Assembly (NCBI GenBank): GCA_049968315.1
Contig: JBMFRA010000006.1
Location: forward strand, 647 to 64,646
Direction: 5' to 3'
Origin: Acidobacteriota bacterium
GTDB lineage: Bacteria > Acidobacteriota > UBA4820 > DSQY01
Length of the DNA: 64,000 nucleotides
Part shown: positions 61,406-64,000 of the stretch, piece by piece
Layout: every line of letters starts with the position of its first letter
Position numbering within the stretch: the first letter of the stretch is position 1
Notes under the pieces: model-generated
The model's database searches: none
The model's input: the letters and a program-made list of their open reading frames with translations, nothing else
What the model was told of the DNA's origin: nothing
Made by a program: the position numbers and the translations under genes

Positions 61406-63222
61406 AAAGGCTCCTACTCACCCTCTTCCTCGGAGCGCTGGGGGCCGCCGCGATGGCCTTGCCGCCGGTCCTCTCCCAGTCTTTCTCCCCCTGGCCCCCC
61501 GCCGGGTGGTCCCTGCCCCCTTCGGCGGCGGGGGAGCGGTGGGAGGGGTCGGAGGGGACCGCCACCGCCAACTACACGGGGGGCGAGGGGACGGCCGCCA
61601 CCGCCCGGCCCCAGTCGGGCGGGGACCTGGACCTCCGCACCCCGGCCTTCGCCCTTCCCGCCGGGGCTACGGGGGCGGTTCTGCGCTTCCGGGAAGACCT
61701 CCTCCTGCGGGAGGGGAGCGCCGACGTGGCGGAGATCGCCCTCTCCACCGACGGCGGCGCCACCTTCCCCCACCTGCTGCGGCGGCGGGAGGGCGGCGGG
61801 GCCGGGGGGCGCGGCCCGCTGGAGACCACGGTAGACCTCTCTGCCTGGGCCGGGGAGGCCGCCCTGGTGGTGCGCTTCCGGTACGGGGCGGTGGCTGGTT
61901 CGGACCACGGGTGGTGGCAGGTGGACGACGTGCGGGTGGAGGCCCGAAGCTGCCCCTCCACGGCGCTGGTCCTGGAGGGTCCCCCCTACGCCTGCCCCCC
62001 GGGGGCGCTCCTCACCGCCGGGGAGGGGTGGAGCTCCTACCGCTGGTTCCGCAACGGGATCCTCCTTCCCGGTGCCACGGGGGAGAGCCTCCTCGCGGGC
62101 CTTTCGGGAACCTACACGGTGGAGGGGACCGACGCCGAGGGCTGCGCCGTCCTCTCCGCGCCCTTGGAGGTGACGGTGGAGTCGCCGGCACCCCCCGTCG
62201 TCCAGGGTCCCTCCGAGGGGTGCCCCGGCGGTGCGGTGGTCCTTACGGCCTCGGGGACCTCCGGGGGAGGCACCCTCCAATGGTACCGGGACGGCCTCCC
62301 CATCCCGGGAGCCACGGGGGACACCCTGGCCGTCCTGGAGGGGGGTACCTTCGAGGCGGTCTTCGCCACCGCCGGGGGCTGCGAGGCCCACTCCGCCCCC
62401 CACACCGTCTCCTTCTCGCCGGCCCTCTCCCAACCGCAGGTCCTCACCGCCGCCTGTGACGGGGCTCTCCTCGAGGCCCCCCTGGGGCTTGCCGCCTGGA
62501 CCTGGACCCGGGACGGCCTTCCCCTCCCCGGCGCCTCCGGCCCCGCGCTGGCGGTGGAAGAATCCGGTGCCTACGCCGTGGCCGGTTGGACGCCCACGGG
62601 CTGTGCGCTTCAATCCCCCCCGGCGGAGGTCGTCCTGGCCCCCCGGCCCTCGGTGGCGGTGGAGGCCGAACCCTGCCCCGGCGGGGCCACCCTCCAAGCC
62701 CTTGGTGTCCCAGGTCCCGTTCGGTGGGAGGCCGGAGGGCGGGAACTTCCGGCTCCCCCTTCGGCCACCCTTCGCACCACCCTTCCCGGCCTTTATACCG
62801 CCCTGGCGGAGACGGCACCGGGGTGCGAACGGCGTTCCCTCCCGGTGGCGGTGGAGATCCCTCCCTGCGCCTCCCGGGAGGTGAGCGGACCAGGAGCCTT
62901 CTACCCCCTTACGGTGGAACGCATTTCCCGCAAAGACGGCTCGCCGGCCCTTCGGCTCTCCTTCGAAAAGGCCCCCGGCGCCGTGACCTACGCGCTCTTC
63001 TGGGGAACCTTGGGCCAGCCCGGCAGCCACCGGGAACCGGGCCACGCCCTCTGCGGCCTCGTCCCTGAGGACGACGGCTCGGGCCGGCTGGAGGTGACGG
63101 TGGAGGACCTTCCCAGCGACGCCTACTTCCTCCTCGCCGCGGACCTGGGCGGGGGCCTTTTGACGGTGGCTGGGCAGGACAGCGGCGGAACCCCCATTCT
63201 TCCCGGAAGCTGCGGCCCGTAG
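61402..63222 (+). CDS. Secreted 606-aa protein: N-terminal beta-sandwich domain + four Cys-containing Ig-like repeats + C-terminal domain
   Basis: The GTG start overlaps the upstream stop. Signal peptide VKRLLLTLFLGALGAAAMALP. Four ~85-aa repeats with the pattern GxYxVxG/A...GC(A/E)xxSxPxxV (e.g. GTYTVEGTDAEGCAVLSAPLEVTV, GTFEAVFATAGGCEAHSAPHTVSF, GAYAVAGWTPTGCALQSPPAEVVL, GLYTALAETAPGCERRSLPVAVEI). Confidence 0.7.
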   Translation: MKRLLLTLFLGALGAAAMALPPVLSQSFSPWPPAGWSLPPSAAGERWEGSEGTATANYTGGEGTAATARPQSGGDLDLRTPAFALPAGATGAVLRFREDLLLREGSADVAEIALSTDGGATFPHLLRRREGGGAGGRGPLETTVDLSAWAGEAALVVRFRYGAVAGSDHGWWQVDDVRVEARSCPSTALVLEGPPYACPPGALLTAGEGWSSYRWFRNGILLPGATGESLLAGLSGTYTVEGTDAEGCAVLSAPLEVTVESPAPPVVQGPSEGCPGGAVVLTASGTSGGGTLQWYRDGLPIPGATGDTLAVLEGGTFEAVFATAGGCEAHSAPHTVSFSPALSQPQVLTAACDGALLEAPLGLAAWTWTRDGLPLPGASGPALAVEESGAYAVAGWTPTGCALQSPPAEVVLAPRPSVAVEAEPCPGGATLQALGVPGPVRWEAGGRELPAPPSATLRTTLPGLYTALAETAPGCERRSLPVAVEIPPCASREVSGPGAFYPLTVERISRKDGSPALRLSFEKAPGAVTYALFWGTLGQPGSHREPGHALCGLVPEDDGSGRLEVTVEDLPSDAYFLLAADLGGGLLTVAGQDSGGTPILPGSCGP

Positions 63223-63368
63223 CCGTCTCGATTCCGAGAATGAACCCCCACCCTTCTCGTTTTTGAGAAGCCCGCTATCTTACAAAATCTCTATTATCAA
63301 TAGGTTAGGCCACAGCCGCCACTGGTACGGCCCTTGCTCTCCTTTAGGCGGATGCCTAGGAGGCGGCC

Positions 63369-64000
63369 ATGAAACGCAAAGCGATCTTCGGAATGGCGGC
63401 GGGGCTTCTGGCGGCAACGGCCGTTTGGGCCCAGGCCGACTCCAAAACGGGGACCGGCCGCGCCAGTGCTTCGGTGCGCGTGACGGTGTCCATCCCCGGT
63501 GTCGTTGCCTTGGAGGTTCCCGACGAGGTCACCTTTGACTTGGCGAAGTACCTGAAGAACGGTTCCCGGGTCTCTCCCGGCGACCCCTGCCCCGACAACG
63601 TCTTTCCCCCGCCCCCCGGCTGCACCGGGACGGCGCGCTTCGATCCCACGGAGATCAAGACCGCGGCGCTGGAAGCCCGCGGGCTGGCCGTCCGTCCGGG
63701 GGAGAGCCCCCTCTACGTCTTCTCCAACGGCGCCTCGGGGACGCTGGACCTCCAGGCTTCGGTGGAGCCCGCCTGGTCGGGCCCCGGCGATGGTCCGGGC
63801 TTTTCCACCACGGCCTTGAGGCTTCGGCCCGCCCCCGGAGCCCCCGAAGGACCGCTGGCGAGCGCGGGACGCCACCTGGCCCAAAGCCCCGAAACCCTGC
63901 TCTCCCTGCCGGCCCGGAGCGGGGGCTGGAGGAAGCTGCCGCTGGCCCTGGACCTGGAGATTCCGGGCGCCGGGGCGGTGGCCTTCCAGGAGGGAACTTT
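63369..64000 (+). CDS. Secreted protein, member A' of the paralogous pair (partial; continues beyond window end)
   Basis: Signal peptide MKRKAIFGMAAGLLAATAVWAQA. The SVRVTVSIPGVVALEVPDEVTFDL...FPPPPGC...VFSNGASGTLDLQASVEPAW block is clearly homologous to 56443..57099. It is preceded by an unusually AT-rich ~70-bp stretch. Confidence 0.7.
   Translation, partial: MKRKAIFGMAAGLLAATAVWAQADSKTGTGRASASVRVTVSIPGVVALEVPDEVTFDLAKYLKNGSRVSPGDPCPDNVFPPPPGCTGTARFDPTEIKTAALEARGLAVRPGESPLYVFSNGASGTLDLQASVEPAWSGPGDGPGFSTTALRLRPAPGAPEGPLASAGRHLAQSPETLLSLPARSGGWRKLPLALDLEIPGAGAVAFQEGT

Noticed and set aside
1-64000. tRNA, rRNA, CRISPR arrays, IS elements, integrases, phage genes
   Set aside because: No GGTTCGAATCC-type T-arm, no direct-repeat/spacer arrays, and no transposase, integrase or terminal-inverted-repeat signatures were seen in any intergenic region or ORF. 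The window appears to be chromosomal backbone plus accessory surface and signalling genes.

Overview
This is a gene-dense window of about 70% GC from a Gram-negative bacterium (lptE is present). The MJ0042-type zinc ribbons, the SBBP beta-propeller giant protein, the HEAT-repeat chemotaxis protein and the FrzS-like pseudo-receiver hint at a Myxococcota- or deltaproteobacteria-like organism, but that is inference only. Most long ORFs in the six-frame track are antisense artefacts of the high GC, so genes were called from recognisable protein sequences and several starts were trimmed to internal ATG or GTG codons with Shine-Dalgarno support.

Content in order:
1. A minus-strand chemotaxis module: a partial GAF protein, cheB, cheR, a Cpc7-like HEAT-repeat protein, a zinc-ribbon pseudo-receiver and cheW.
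2. A membrane GGDEF cyclase, an ECF sigma factor and a secreted C25 (gingipain-like) peptidase.
3. A compact RiPP-like cluster that is the first candidate undescribed system. It comprises an HprK-related kinase, a PqqD-family recognition protein, a radical SAM/SPASM maturase and an unlisted 49-aa Cys/Gly-rich precursor ending in Ser, closed by an intrinsic terminator.
4. An ndk-korCBAD-sucDC central-metabolism operon.
5. A GNAT acetyltransferase, a 1396-aa cyclase-AAA-TPR protein and a 1892-aa secreted SBBP/PKD giant protein whose ORF-track call is over-extended.
6. An oppABC-like transporter, holA and a dual-REC regulator with a degenerate GGDEF that keeps the RxxD I-site motif.
7. A TPR protein, a zinc-ribbon/pseudopilin fusion, leuS, lptE and a REC-asparaginase fusion with swapped motif order.
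8. pepE, an NRDE protein, an exonuclease, an amino-acid permease, cytochrome c, ftcD and a SpoU methyltransferase.
9. A seven-gene operon of secreted proteins preceded by a candidate sigma-54 promoter; this is the second candidate undescribed system. It encodes an outer-membrane barrel-like protein, two paralogous subunit-like proteins, a chaperone-like protein, a beta-helix protein and an Ig-repeat protein.

No tRNA, rRNA, CRISPR array or obvious mobile element was found.
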